Shown here: in pieces, positions 17,730 through 25,720 of the stretch | How positions within the stretch are numbered: the stretch's first letter is position 1 | How the letters are laid out: each line of letters starts with the position of its first letter | Virus record (IMG/VR): IMGVR_UViG_3300014204_000008 | Location: 1 to 34,836 of that record | DNA from: a virus | Lineage: Duplodnaviria; Heunggongvirae; Uroviricota; Caudoviricetes | Direction: 5' to 3' (one strand) | DNA: 34,836 nt | Notes under the pieces: model-generated | Told to the model about the DNA's origin: nothing | The model's database searches: none | Seen by the model: only the letters and a program-made list of their open reading frames with translations | Position numbers and translations under genes: made by a program

Positions 17730-18443
17730 TTATTCAATTTCACCATCAGCCTGAACGTAGTCAGACGTGGCGTTTGACCAAGTCGTAGCAGCATCCTTAA
17801 CGAGCACAATAATCTGTGCATCGTCTGGTGCGGTCAACTTGCTATTTCCACTACCGAACGTGCGAGAGGTTAAGGTTGTGTCGACAGAAAGTCGACCAAT
17901 CTTCTGCTCTTCTACCGCACCTCGGCGAATCCAAACCTGTTCACAGTTGGCTCCGGCAGCATTGAAATTCGTACTGTATTCGTAGCCAATGAGTGAAACA
18001 CGGTGACCAGATCCTGGACGATCGAATTCTCGATACTTCGGATCAAGACAAACGGCGATGTAGTAACAAGCATCCGTATCAGTCTTCACGTCCCAAACGA
18101 GTTCCCCATCCAAAGTTGAAGAAGCTGTGATAGCTCCATCAACGAACTGCGAGGCTGTTGCGTAAGAACGAAGCGTATCGAGAACAACGCATTCGAAGAT
18201 CTTGTCGGTATTGATTGCATCAGCAAGCGCGCCAACGGTTGTATACGTTGCGAATGCATACGTATCAGTACCACCATCAGAGGTGATCATCACAATATTC
18301 GTAGCAGTCGTCACAGTGATAGAAGTCACTGTACCTGTGCCGATATAGCGAAGACGCAATGCAACACCCGTATCTGTTCGCTTGGTGATCGTTTCACCAC
18401 GAGCGAGCAATTTTCTTGTTTTCAAACCTTCAACACTTGGCAT
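17730..18443 (-). CDS. Putative head decoration/structural protein
   Basis: 237 aa, Thr/Ala-rich, first structural-type gene after the capsid. Confidence 0.65.
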   Translation of the reverse strand: MPSVEGLKTRKLLARGETITKRTDTGVALRLRYIGTGTVTSITVTTATNIVMITSDGGTDTYAFATYTTVGALADAINTDKIFECVVLDTLRSYATASQFVDGAITASSTLDGELVWDVKTDTDACYYIAVCLDPKYREFDRPGSGHRVSLIGYEYSTNFNAAGANCEQVWIRRGAVEEQKIGRLSVDTTLTSRTFGSGNSKLTAPDDAQIIVLVKDAATTWSNATSDYVQADGEIE

Positions 18444-18461
18444 ATTTTTGTGTTTATTTCA

Positions 18462-19345
18462 CTGATTGTTTAGACCAGCTAATGACCCGTAGCTTTTTCG
18501 GAATTGGGATCAAGGTCCCAATAGAGGGGTGATTTTTCGTCCCACCCCTCTGTAGGACTATACCGTCTCAGTGAGAAACGATACTATGAACTATGAACTA
18601 AGATCTGCGATTCGACTATCGAATCTTCTTGCTATCTTCAGACACATGGAAATGAATGCTTCTTCAGATAGAACGAGTTTGGCTTTATTGCACAGAGCAC
18701 AACAGGGTCGAATATTCTCTATAGAGTATGGACCTTCTGAATCTATTCTATCAAGTCCGATTCCTTGTATTTCATCGCCACAATAGTAACATGGTTTGTT
18801 CCAATATTCATTGAATTCTTCAAATGAAAGGAGGAATGGGATGTCTCTAACATTAGCAGAACTCTTATACGTAGAATACCTTTGCCACGGCTTATTCTTG
18901 TTTCCTCTACAACGAGACCTATGGCATTCCTTACATTCATAGGATAGGTTCAATAACCTTCCTGTATGGACTCCATACTCTGTTAATGGCTTTACAACGC
19001 CACAGCCATGACATCTTCGCGTTTGATCTATAACATTTGTCGTATCCGGTTTCTTCGTGTCTGGATGCTTCTTGTGCCAATAAGCAGATTTTGCTTCTTT
19101 GCATAGATCGCATCTACAACCTTTGTCATAAGACCATTTCGTCCCATGTTTTCTTATTGGGCAGTTTTTTCTAAAGTCCGATTTCGCCTTCTTACAAAGA
19201 TCACATCTACAACCTTTGTCATAAGAAGATGTCTTTCCATGAGTGATTCGATCTTCCGAATCACAGATCTTAGTTTTGCTGAAATGAGAGGGGATATTTT
19301 TCATATCCCCAATCATCTCATACTTTCTCTAACAGTACAAGCACC
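18462..19345 (-). other. Structured RNA-like element enclosing the HNH ORF (partial group I-like features)
   Basis: 19-bp long-range inverted repeat (19257..19275 with 18596..18614), several hairpins, S-like GGTATAGTCC at 18555..18564 and end motif AACAATCAG. No clear GACTA P7 partner. Confidence 0.4.
18591..19316 (-). CDS. HNH/His-Me finger endonuclease with N-terminal Zn-finger repeats
   Basis: Two HGxxxSYDKGCRCDLCK repeats; CHGCGVVKP...CKEC; CYYCG...GLDRIDS...YSIENIRPCCALCNKAK. Confidence 0.85.
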   Translation of the reverse strand: MIGDMKNIPSHFSKTKICDSEDRITHGKTSSYDKGCRCDLCKKAKSDFRKNCPIRKHGTKWSYDKGCRCDLCKEAKSAYWHKKHPDTKKPDTTNVIDQTRRCHGCGVVKPLTEYGVHTGRLLNLSYECKECHRSRCRGNKNKPWQRYSTYKSSANVRDIPFLLSFEEFNEYWNKPCYYCGDEIQGIGLDRIDSEGPYSIENIRPCCALCNKAKLVLSEEAFISMCLKIARRFDSRIADLSS

Positions 19346-19351
19346 GAGGTG

Positions 19352-21343
19352 TTATGAGGTGATACCCTTCAAAAGTGCACATCTTGAGGCCTGCATACGC
19401 TGCAAACCACACTCTGTAAGGTATTCATCGACCACACCGTCCTGACCTGGAGTCTCGACATTTGTGCGGAGGACTGTATCTCGACCAGGAATGTAACGAT
19501 AGACGAAACAATTCATGTCGAGCAAGAAGGCATAACCAGCATAAGCACCCTTGAGAACTTCGCTATTGTTAACGATGTTCACGTTACCGAATGCTGTCTG
19601 CCACTGAGAGATCTTCACACCGTACGTCGACTGATCCATGCGTGTCTGGAGCTGACCACGAGCAATTTCATTGATCGCAGAAAGAACAAGACCTCCGCAC
19701 ATGAGGATCTTTGTCGAATCACCGTAGGTGAATCCTTCACGAAGGAAGGTTTCCATGTCAGGAGCAGTCAATGGACCACCCTGGTTCTGAACATAGGAGT
19801 TACCAGCTTCAATGAATTCGAGTACACCACCGGTCGCACGACGTGGATGACCCTGCGTACCTGTCGTATCGAGCTTCTTCTCACCAAGCATGAAGGCTTT
19901 TTCGATATCGAGCACGTGTTCTACTCCAATCTTTGCACGTTGATATGGCAACATTATTGTTACCGTTCAATTGAACGGAAGCGATCATTTCTGTCGCTTT
20001 CTCTATGTCTCCATAGAGATCAGACTATATCATCCCATTTCTGGGTCTAGCGTTTAGTCGTTGAGGATTCTGGTTTAAAACCAGTCTTTCCTGCTGATTG
20101 ACTCTATCCATTGGATTTTTAGTATTTCTACTACCAATGGCCTAACGAGTTATTCCAGCATATGGCTAGATTTTCTTAGATTTTATCTAAGGGACTATTC
20201 ACTTAATCCTTGCCCCCGTATGGGTTCAACGCGGCTTCCGTCCCAGTCACAGCGAGTGTGTGGCGGAAAATTTGGGAGAAGTTCGAATTTCGTGTCGTCT
20301 GCGTCATGTTGGCGTTACGAACACCAGCATTTTCTTCGTTGACGTTACCGATGATGAACAAGTCATCTCCAGCAACACCAGCAGCAGCGGCAGTCGTACC
20401 GAAAGCACGAGCAGCCGTGATGGATGTTGCGCCAGCGATCGACGCGACAAGCATCACTTCACCAGTTCGGGCGTTCTTGATCTGATCTCCAACTGTGAAG
20501 ATGTAACCAGAACTTGAACCGGCACCATACACAGTGATCGTAACAGCGTTGTCAGTAGAGTTATAAGCTGCACCGACTTTTGCATAACGACCACCATGGT
20601 AATCTTCTCTATTATTGTTAACTACATGTCTCCATGTAGATCGGACTATATCATCCCTCATATGCCTATTTAGAGGGGCTAACGTCTAGTCTCTGAGGAT
20701 TCTGGTCTAAGACCAGTCTTTCCTGCTGATTGTCCATAATATCTTCATTTTCAGGGTTCGTTGACCATTCACATGATCAAATCCTAGAAGATACTTATCT
20801 GGAGTTTCCAGCATATGGTTAGCTTTTACTTGGTCAGAAGTTTAACCAAGAGAATTCTGGGTTATTCAAGATCGGGGCCTTTCGAATCCCTGCGCCCTTC
20901 CATGAGTTTCCTTCCGAGTCCTTTTTACCTGGAGTCGTAAGGAGCGTCACGAATGGATGCTTGTTGGTTTCAAGAAGCATGATCTTATCGAACACTTCTA
21001 CTGGCAAACGACCTTCTGTGCTCAACGTTGCTGTGGAGCGAGCGGCGTTACTGCCAGCGATTGCTACAGTTCCCTGCGAATGAGAGGGTTCTGTGTAATT
21101 ACTGTGTTAACTACATGTCTCCATATAGATCGGACTATATCATACTGTTTCCAGTGGGAGCGTATAGTCTCTGAGGATTCTGGTTTAAAACCAGTCTTTC
21201 CTGCTGATTGACTCTATAACTATTATTTTCAGGGGTCGTTGAAAGCTTACGCAATCAAAATCCTAAATAGTTCTTAACAAGTTATTCCAGCATATGGCTC
21301 CCTTTTATATCCGCACTACGAAGCAATACGGATAACTAGGCAT
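19352..21343 (-). CDS. Major capsid protein (DUF5309/SU10-like, HK97-type), 4 exons: 21343-21328, 21099-20844, 20608-20206, 19951-19352; spliced 424 aa
   Basis: Exons join in frame (16+256+403+600=1275 nt), giving MPSYPYYTEPSHSQG...NPEFSWL/EDYHGG...NPYGGKD/LPYQRAK...LLKGITS. Motifs NFSQIFRHT, EKAFMLGE, TGGVLEFI and QTAFGNVNIV are capsid-like, and the gene follows the scaffold. The exon 1/2 junction is less certain than the others. Confidence 0.85.
19952..20205 (-). mobile_element. Group I intron 3 of the capsid gene (254 nt, no ORF, IB-like core)
   Basis: P ATGCTGGAA, Q AATCAGCAGG, R TCAACGACTA, S GATATAGTC. The 5' exon ends in U (GAT) pairing with GTCC; terminal G in AACAATAATG; removal restores GKD/LPYQ. 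Confidence 0.9.
20609..20843 (-). mobile_element. Group I intron 2 of the capsid gene (235 nt, no ORF)
   Basis: P ATGCTGGAAA, Q AATCAGCAGG, R TCAGAGACTA, S GATATAGTCC. P1 CTTGGTT/GACCAAG with U-G; P10 AGAAG/CTTCT; terminal G; restores SWL/EDY. Confidence 0.92.
21100..21327 (-). mobile_element. Group I intron 1 of the capsid gene (228 nt, no ORF; apparently non-G terminus)
   Basis: P ATGCTGGAA, Q AATCAGCAGG, R TCAGAGACTA, S ATATAGTCC. P1 TATCCGT/GCGGATA; P10 ATTAC/GTAGT. Boundary can slide by up to 2 nt because of an AT repeat. Confidence 0.82.
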
Positions 21344-21423
21344 ATTTTATGTTGTTTGAGTTTTCGAATGAACAATCGCCTAAGAACGATCTGTTCTTTT
21401 GTTTTTATTTTTTCTAGAAATCT

Positions 21424-22200
21424 CTAGAAAAGATTCGGATTTGATGTTCCAGCAATCAAGATATCGGCAAGTTTCCCAGCTTCAACTCCTGAAACAGAAC
21501 GCGCACCACCGCCAGCGGCATTTGCTGCAAGACCTTTGGAGGCTTCAGCAATTTCCTCTTCTTGCTGTTTGGCTAGTTTTTCAGAAAGGACTTTACCCTT
21601 CACTGCGTTATAGAGTATTTCAAGATCTACGATACCAGTTTCCTTGCTCAATTCAGCGATCTGATCGGCATATTCAGGAAAGTCTTTCGTCGACCGCATA
21701 AAATCATCAGACTTTTCCTTCCATTCATTCTCCTCTTCTCTCTTCGAAAGATCTTTCTTCAAGTCTTCTTTCATCTTAGACTCAAGTTTAGATAATTCTT
21801 CTGAGATAAGTTTAGAGATTTCTGACGGAGAAGCTTTGAGAATAGCATCTCCAAGTTTTTCTTGGACATTCTTCTGAGCTTCGGTGACATTCTCAGCTTC
21901 CTTTTGGGTAATTTTTCCCTCAAGGAGAGGTTTAACGAGACTGTCGTCGATCTTATCGTGCATGATTGCGTTGATGAGTTCTGGATTTGCATCCAGTTTC
22001 TCTAAGAGAGGGTCGAGAAGTTCGTATTTATCCAAAGCGGACTTAAGATCCCCCAATTGACGACCCTGATCACCGAACTTGCTTTCAAGATTACGGTACA
22101 TGGTCTCAAAATCTGCACTCTTGTTCGGCTCCCCTGCCTGAGCAGGACCGATTTCGTTAGGGCTACCCGCGTTGACGGACCCTGCGATTTCATTTGGCAT
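21424..22200 (-). CDS. Capsid scaffolding protein
   Basis: Acidic, helical/coiled-coil 258-aa protein immediately upstream of the capsid gene. Confidence 0.75.
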   Translation of the reverse strand: MPNEIAGSVNAGSPNEIGPAQAGEPNKSADFETMYRNLESKFGDQGRQLGDLKSALDKYELLDPLLEKLDANPELINAIMHDKIDDSLVKPLLEGKITQKEAENVTEAQKNVQEKLGDAILKASPSEISKLISEELSKLESKMKEDLKKDLSKREEENEWKEKSDDFMRSTKDFPEYADQIAELSKETGIVDLEILYNAVKGKVLSEKLAKQQEEEIAEASKGLAANAAGGGARSVSGVEAGKLADILIAGTSNPNLF

Positions 22201-22294
22201 ATATATTCTTCATTAAGTTAAAACGCTAACGCGTGAACGCTTTAGATTTCTCTAAAGAGTAGGAAACTGATATTTTCATCTTCATTATAGAACT

Positions 22295-22303
22295 ATTATA
22301 ACA
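22295..22303 (-). promoter_or_regulatory. Extended -10 motif TGTTATAAT upstream of the scaffold/capsid unit
   Basis: Exact TGnTATAAT in the intergenic gap. Confidence 0.55.
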
Positions 22304-22320
22304 CATTTTCGAAGAGCAAA

Positions 22321-22611
22321 CTATCGTGTCGCACGATCAAGCCACTTCTTGTATTCAGGAGATTCCGTATCTACCGAATCAACTTCCTTATTTGAGATCG
22401 ACGCTTCTGGTTTCTTGCTCTTCTGTTTGATATAGGCATATTTCATCCCACGATCCTTGAATTGCTGATCTTTTTTCTTCGCTATATCAATACCATACTT
22501 CATCAATGCACCAGTACCTTTCGTAGCGGCATCTGAAACCGTTTTTACCGGATTCATTGCCATTTTGGCTGCCTGAGAAAAGAATTTCTTACGAAATGCT
22601 CCTAAATCCAT
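22321..22611 (-). CDS. Hypothetical protein
   Basis: 96-aa Lys-rich ORF, tight packing. Confidence 0.65.
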   Translation of the reverse strand: MDLGAFRKKFFSQAAKMAMNPVKTVSDAATKGTGALMKYGIDIAKKKDQQFKDRGMKYAYIKQKSKKPEASISNKEVDSVDTESPEYKKWLDRATR

Positions 22612-22617
22612 ACAGTT

Positions 22618-22818
22618 TTACTTTTTCAGCCCCTTAATTTTGGACTTTTTTATTTTCGAAGCTTTTTGAGAGAGTATTTTAGACAAGAAATCTTTTCGAT
22701 TCATCTTTGAAGACTTCTTTTTTTTCGAATTTCCTGAAACATCGTCTTTCATCCTTCCAGAAGCTTTCGAAACGGCTGTAGACATTGTTTCAGCCATTAA
22801 TGCAGGGAAATTTTTCAT
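22618..22818 (-). CDS. Small, highly basic hypothetical protein
   Basis: 66 aa, Lys/Ser-rich. Confidence 0.6.
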   Translation of the reverse strand: MKNFPALMAETMSTAVSKASGRMKDDVSGNSKKKKSSKMNRKDFLSKILSQKASKIKKSKIKGLKK

Positions 22819-22819
22819 A

Positions 22820-23125
22820 CTAGATAAGACCTATTTTACGGATTTCCAGATCAAACGTTTCATTTTTCTTCTGTCCATCCCTATTACTTAATGAATGAGA
22901 GCGTACAAATGCCTCAACAACTAACTTCTTGCTACTTCCAACGTCGACATCATCAAACATTTTATCAATGCCATTTGTCTGTAGATATAGACAAGGATAT
23001 CGCTTCTGAGGTTTTTTAGAATCTTTGACGTTGCAGCAAAGATCTGGGTACTTATCAATGATACCCGCATCAACCATTTTGAGTTTTTTAATGGCCGATT
23101 GGATATAATCTTGTTTTTCAGTCAT
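22820..23125 (-). CDS. Hypothetical protein
   Basis: 101-aa ORF in the portal-scaffold interval. Confidence 0.65.
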   Translation of the reverse strand: MTEKQDYIQSAIKKLKMVDAGIIDKYPDLCCNVKDSKKPQKRYPCLYLQTNGIDKMFDDVDVGSSKKLVVEAFVRSHSLSNRDGQKKNETFDLEIRKIGLI

Positions 23126-23156
23126 ATGTTTGTTTTAGATAAACCTACTTTTGATA

Positions 23157-23489
23157 TTAGCTTGGAACAGAAGTTGCGATTGTTGATTCGTTTTTTTCAC
23201 GCGCCTCGTCTACCAGATTTGTCATGGCATTCGGCAAATCAGTTAACCCATTCAGGTATCCCTGAATTCTCGCGATCTCTGTTGGAGATTTAGAAGGATC
23301 TACCGTCAACAGACCAGCCTGAAGTACCTGAAATCGCATTTGAAAGTAACGAAGAAGAGCTATCCATGTTCTTTCTGTAGACAATTTAAGCAAAATTCCA
23401 TTCATCTCTTCTTCATTCATCGACTGAATTTCTCGTATAGTCGAGCCATTAGAATACCACTGAGTAGCTTCATTATTTTGATTGGACAT
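23157..23489 (-). CDS. Hypothetical helical protein downstream of the portal
   Basis: 110 aa; EIARIQGYLNGLTDLP resembles small proteins that often follow podovirus-type portals. Confidence 0.7.
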   Translation of the reverse strand: MSNQNNEATQWYSNGSTIREIQSMNEEEMNGILLKLSTERTWIALLRYFQMRFQVLQAGLLTVDPSKSPTEIARIQGYLNGLTDLPNAMTNLVDEAREKNESTIATSVPS

Positions 23490-23506
23490 AGATCTGATTA
23501 CTTATC

Positions 23507-23515
23507 ATTATAACA
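23507..23515 (-). promoter_or_regulatory. Extended -10 motif TGTTATAAT
   Basis: Exact match starting just after the portal stop. Confidence 0.55.
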
Positions 23516-23516
23516 T

Positions 23517-25670
23517 TTAACGCTGGATGCTTGAAGCACGAGACATCAATGCAGCCTCAGGATTTGAATTGTTTCCCTGAGATATATTTGTATTCACTTT
23601 TCCAGTTCGATTCAATCCTCTAGGATTCGCCTTAGACTGTCTCGGGACTCCTCTAACCGTAGGAGGTTGAGCAGAAGAAATGTCTATCGGCATTGAAGCT
23701 TCTCCAAACTGGCTCGAAGCATCAAAGCCTCCTTGGCTTGGCATAGATCTGCCAAGAAGCGCAAGAGCTTGAGCAAGAGCTTGAGGATCAAGCGTACCAA
23801 GACTTGGAGCAGCCTGTTGTGATCCACCACCAAGCATTGAACTCATATCCATCAAAGCAGCTGACCCACCTCCCTGTTGTGCCATCTGAGCCATCATATT
23901 CGGGTCCATTCCTTCTGCACCTGGAGGTAAAGCACCTGACTGACCTTCCATGCCAGGCATTGTCGGCTGTTCCTGTTCTTCCTTTTTAACACTATCTAAA
24001 GAGAACGTGAAACCATCAGAAAGAACTTTTGATATTAATTTCTCTGGGTCTACGAATGGTAGATTGATGAGAAGTTGGACAAGATCCATGTTCTGTTTCT
24101 TCTTGATCTCTGCCTGCCCAGCTATAGAAGGTAAGACGGTAGCTTTATAATCAAACGTACCATCAAGATCATCTTTAGATATAACAGGAAAGAGCATCTT
24201 TCCGTCATTCCCGAGTATTCTAATATGCATCTCCTTCGTGAAGAACTGCCTCTGAAGAGACATCCAATATCGCATCACGTCAGCACAAGCATCACCGATA
24301 TGATTTACGAATAATCGGACGCGTTCTAATGTAGACTCACGCAAATGTCTTACCTCTGTGGCAGATGCTCCAGAACCACCTACACCCATCGACGAATCAT
24401 CAATACCAGAAGCATATCTCATATCGGCCTTTAAAAGGTCTTCTTCACGATATGCAGATTGCTTGATATCTGAGAATTGAACCTCTCGAACACTCTCAGA
24501 GCCGCCATTTGAATAGATAATACCGAATGGACGCGTAACAAGTTGTTCTTTAGATATATTAGCAACAGGGTTCACGATCCACATCTTATGGATAGACATT
24601 GTAGCCGCATCCAAACGTTGATTCTTGATCATGTTTAACATGATCTGTGGTTGTTCGAGAATAGCTGGTATCCCATAACCTTCAAACTCATTCGGAATAC
24701 GGAGATACGGGACATCTATGAATGGAGCTTCCTTAAAATCAAATGGAATTGGCATGAAGCCTCCCTTAAAAATAGGCACATCATTTACCATGACAGCATA
24801 TGCATCATCAAACGGTCTCCACCATTCAAAGACTTCATGCTTCAACAATGTCTTATCACCTATTGAATCCTGGTACTTTTCAGAGAAAATATTTCCATAT
24901 GACGTACCGCTCTCAGCTCCTCTGGCGATAGATGAATGTGATGCTTTAACCGTTGTTCTGATAGAAGCATAATCATCTAAAATACCTTGGCTTTTTAAAG
25001 CCATTCCTAAACGTTCTTCATCAGCATGTGGATAGCGTCGTTTAATCGCATCTTCTGACAAGACGAGACGCTTAAACCAATATTGCTTATCTTCTCTTGC
25101 GGTATTGTGCCAATCGTACCAAAGGGAATATGGGTCTACGCTCTCACAGAAAGGAGCATCGTAGAAGATCTTCTTTTTATCTTTCCAGATATATTCTTTA
25201 GAATTTGGATCTTTTGATGTTAAAAACTTCAACTGACGTTCATCCTTCTTCCAACTTACTTGAAGAAACCCTGTACCATAGATCATTGCTGATCGAGAAA
25301 GGTCCTCCATGACGGAATCCATCTTTGCGATCTCCCAGAAATAATCTTGTAATTGCTGTTGCTTCTCAGCTTTAAGTTGATCATCAGAAGATCTCCCCAT
25401 GGCTGTAAAATCAGGTCTAGCGTCCAAAATACGTGGTACGAGTGTTTCAACGACAGCTTGGATATACGGAACGAATATATTTGCTTGCCAAGATTTGATC
25501 TCTTTCTTTCGATCACCTGTATAGGCAATATATAATTTATACCATCTATCCAATCGTGGTCTTATTACATTTTCAAAATACAATTTTGCATCGTCTCGTT
25601 GATTACGAAAAGAGACCATGAGTTCCTTCTCATCAAATTTCTCAGGCGAATACATGTCATTCAATCCCAT
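23517..25670 (-). CDS. Portal protein (P22/SU10-like)
   Basis: 717 aa, follows terminase; RSAMIYGTGFLQVSW, VDPYSLWYD, GSGASATEVR motifs; low-complexity Q/G/M/P C-terminal extension. Confidence 0.85.
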   Translation of the reverse strand: MGLNDMYSPEKFDEKELMVSFRNQRDDAKLYFENVIRPRLDRWYKLYIAYTGDRKKEIKSWQANIFVPYIQAVVETLVPRILDARPDFTAMGRSSDDQLKAEKQQQLQDYFWEIAKMDSVMEDLSRSAMIYGTGFLQVSWKKDERQLKFLTSKDPNSKEYIWKDKKKIFYDAPFCESVDPYSLWYDWHNTAREDKQYWFKRLVLSEDAIKRRYPHADEERLGMALKSQGILDDYASIRTTVKASHSSIARGAESGTSYGNIFSEKYQDSIGDKTLLKHEVFEWWRPFDDAYAVMVNDVPIFKGGFMPIPFDFKEAPFIDVPYLRIPNEFEGYGIPAILEQPQIMLNMIKNQRLDAATMSIHKMWIVNPVANISKEQLVTRPFGIIYSNGGSESVREVQFSDIKQSAYREEDLLKADMRYASGIDDSSMGVGGSGASATEVRHLRESTLERVRLFVNHIGDACADVMRYWMSLQRQFFTKEMHIRILGNDGKMLFPVISKDDLDGTFDYKATVLPSIAGQAEIKKKQNMDLVQLLINLPFVDPEKLISKVLSDGFTFSLDSVKKEEQEQPTMPGMEGQSGALPPGAEGMDPNMMAQMAQQGGGSAALMDMSSMLGGGSQQAAPSLGTLDPQALAQALALLGRSMPSQGGFDASSQFGEASMPIDISSAQPPTVRGVPRQSKANPRGLNRTGKVNTNISQGNNSNPEAALMSRASSIQR

Positions 25671-25703
25671 AATAGAGTGCTCCTTAATAAGGTAACTACA
25701 ATC

Positions 25704-25712
25704 ATTTTACCA
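25704..25712 (-). promoter_or_regulatory. Extended -10-like motif TGGTAAAAT upstream of the portal
   Basis: One mismatch to TGnTATAAT, just after the terL stop. Confidence 0.4.
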
Positions 25713-25720
25713 CATTTTGA

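Noticed and set aside
18462-19360. A fourth intron spliced into the capsid C-terminus
   Set aside because: LLKGITS* is already a plausible end, no convincing P1 or P7 could be built, and trial junctions gave no better protein; kept only as an unresolved structured element.
20203-21025. ORFs 20203..20661 and 20834..21025 as independent genes, or a frameshifted capsid pseudogene
   Set aside because: They are capsid exons; the MRDDIVRSTWRHVVNNNR leader is intron P7-P9 sequence read in frame.
19352-21343. Stop-codon reassignment explaining the broken capsid gene
   Set aside because: Other genes are long and intact under the standard code and end in TAA, TAG or TGA; the interruptions carry group I cores and change frame.
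21410-21431. TTTTCTAGA-AATC-TCTAGAAAA palindrome at the scaffold stop as a terminator
   Set aside because: AT-rich weak stem followed by an A-tract on the coding strand; may be chance.
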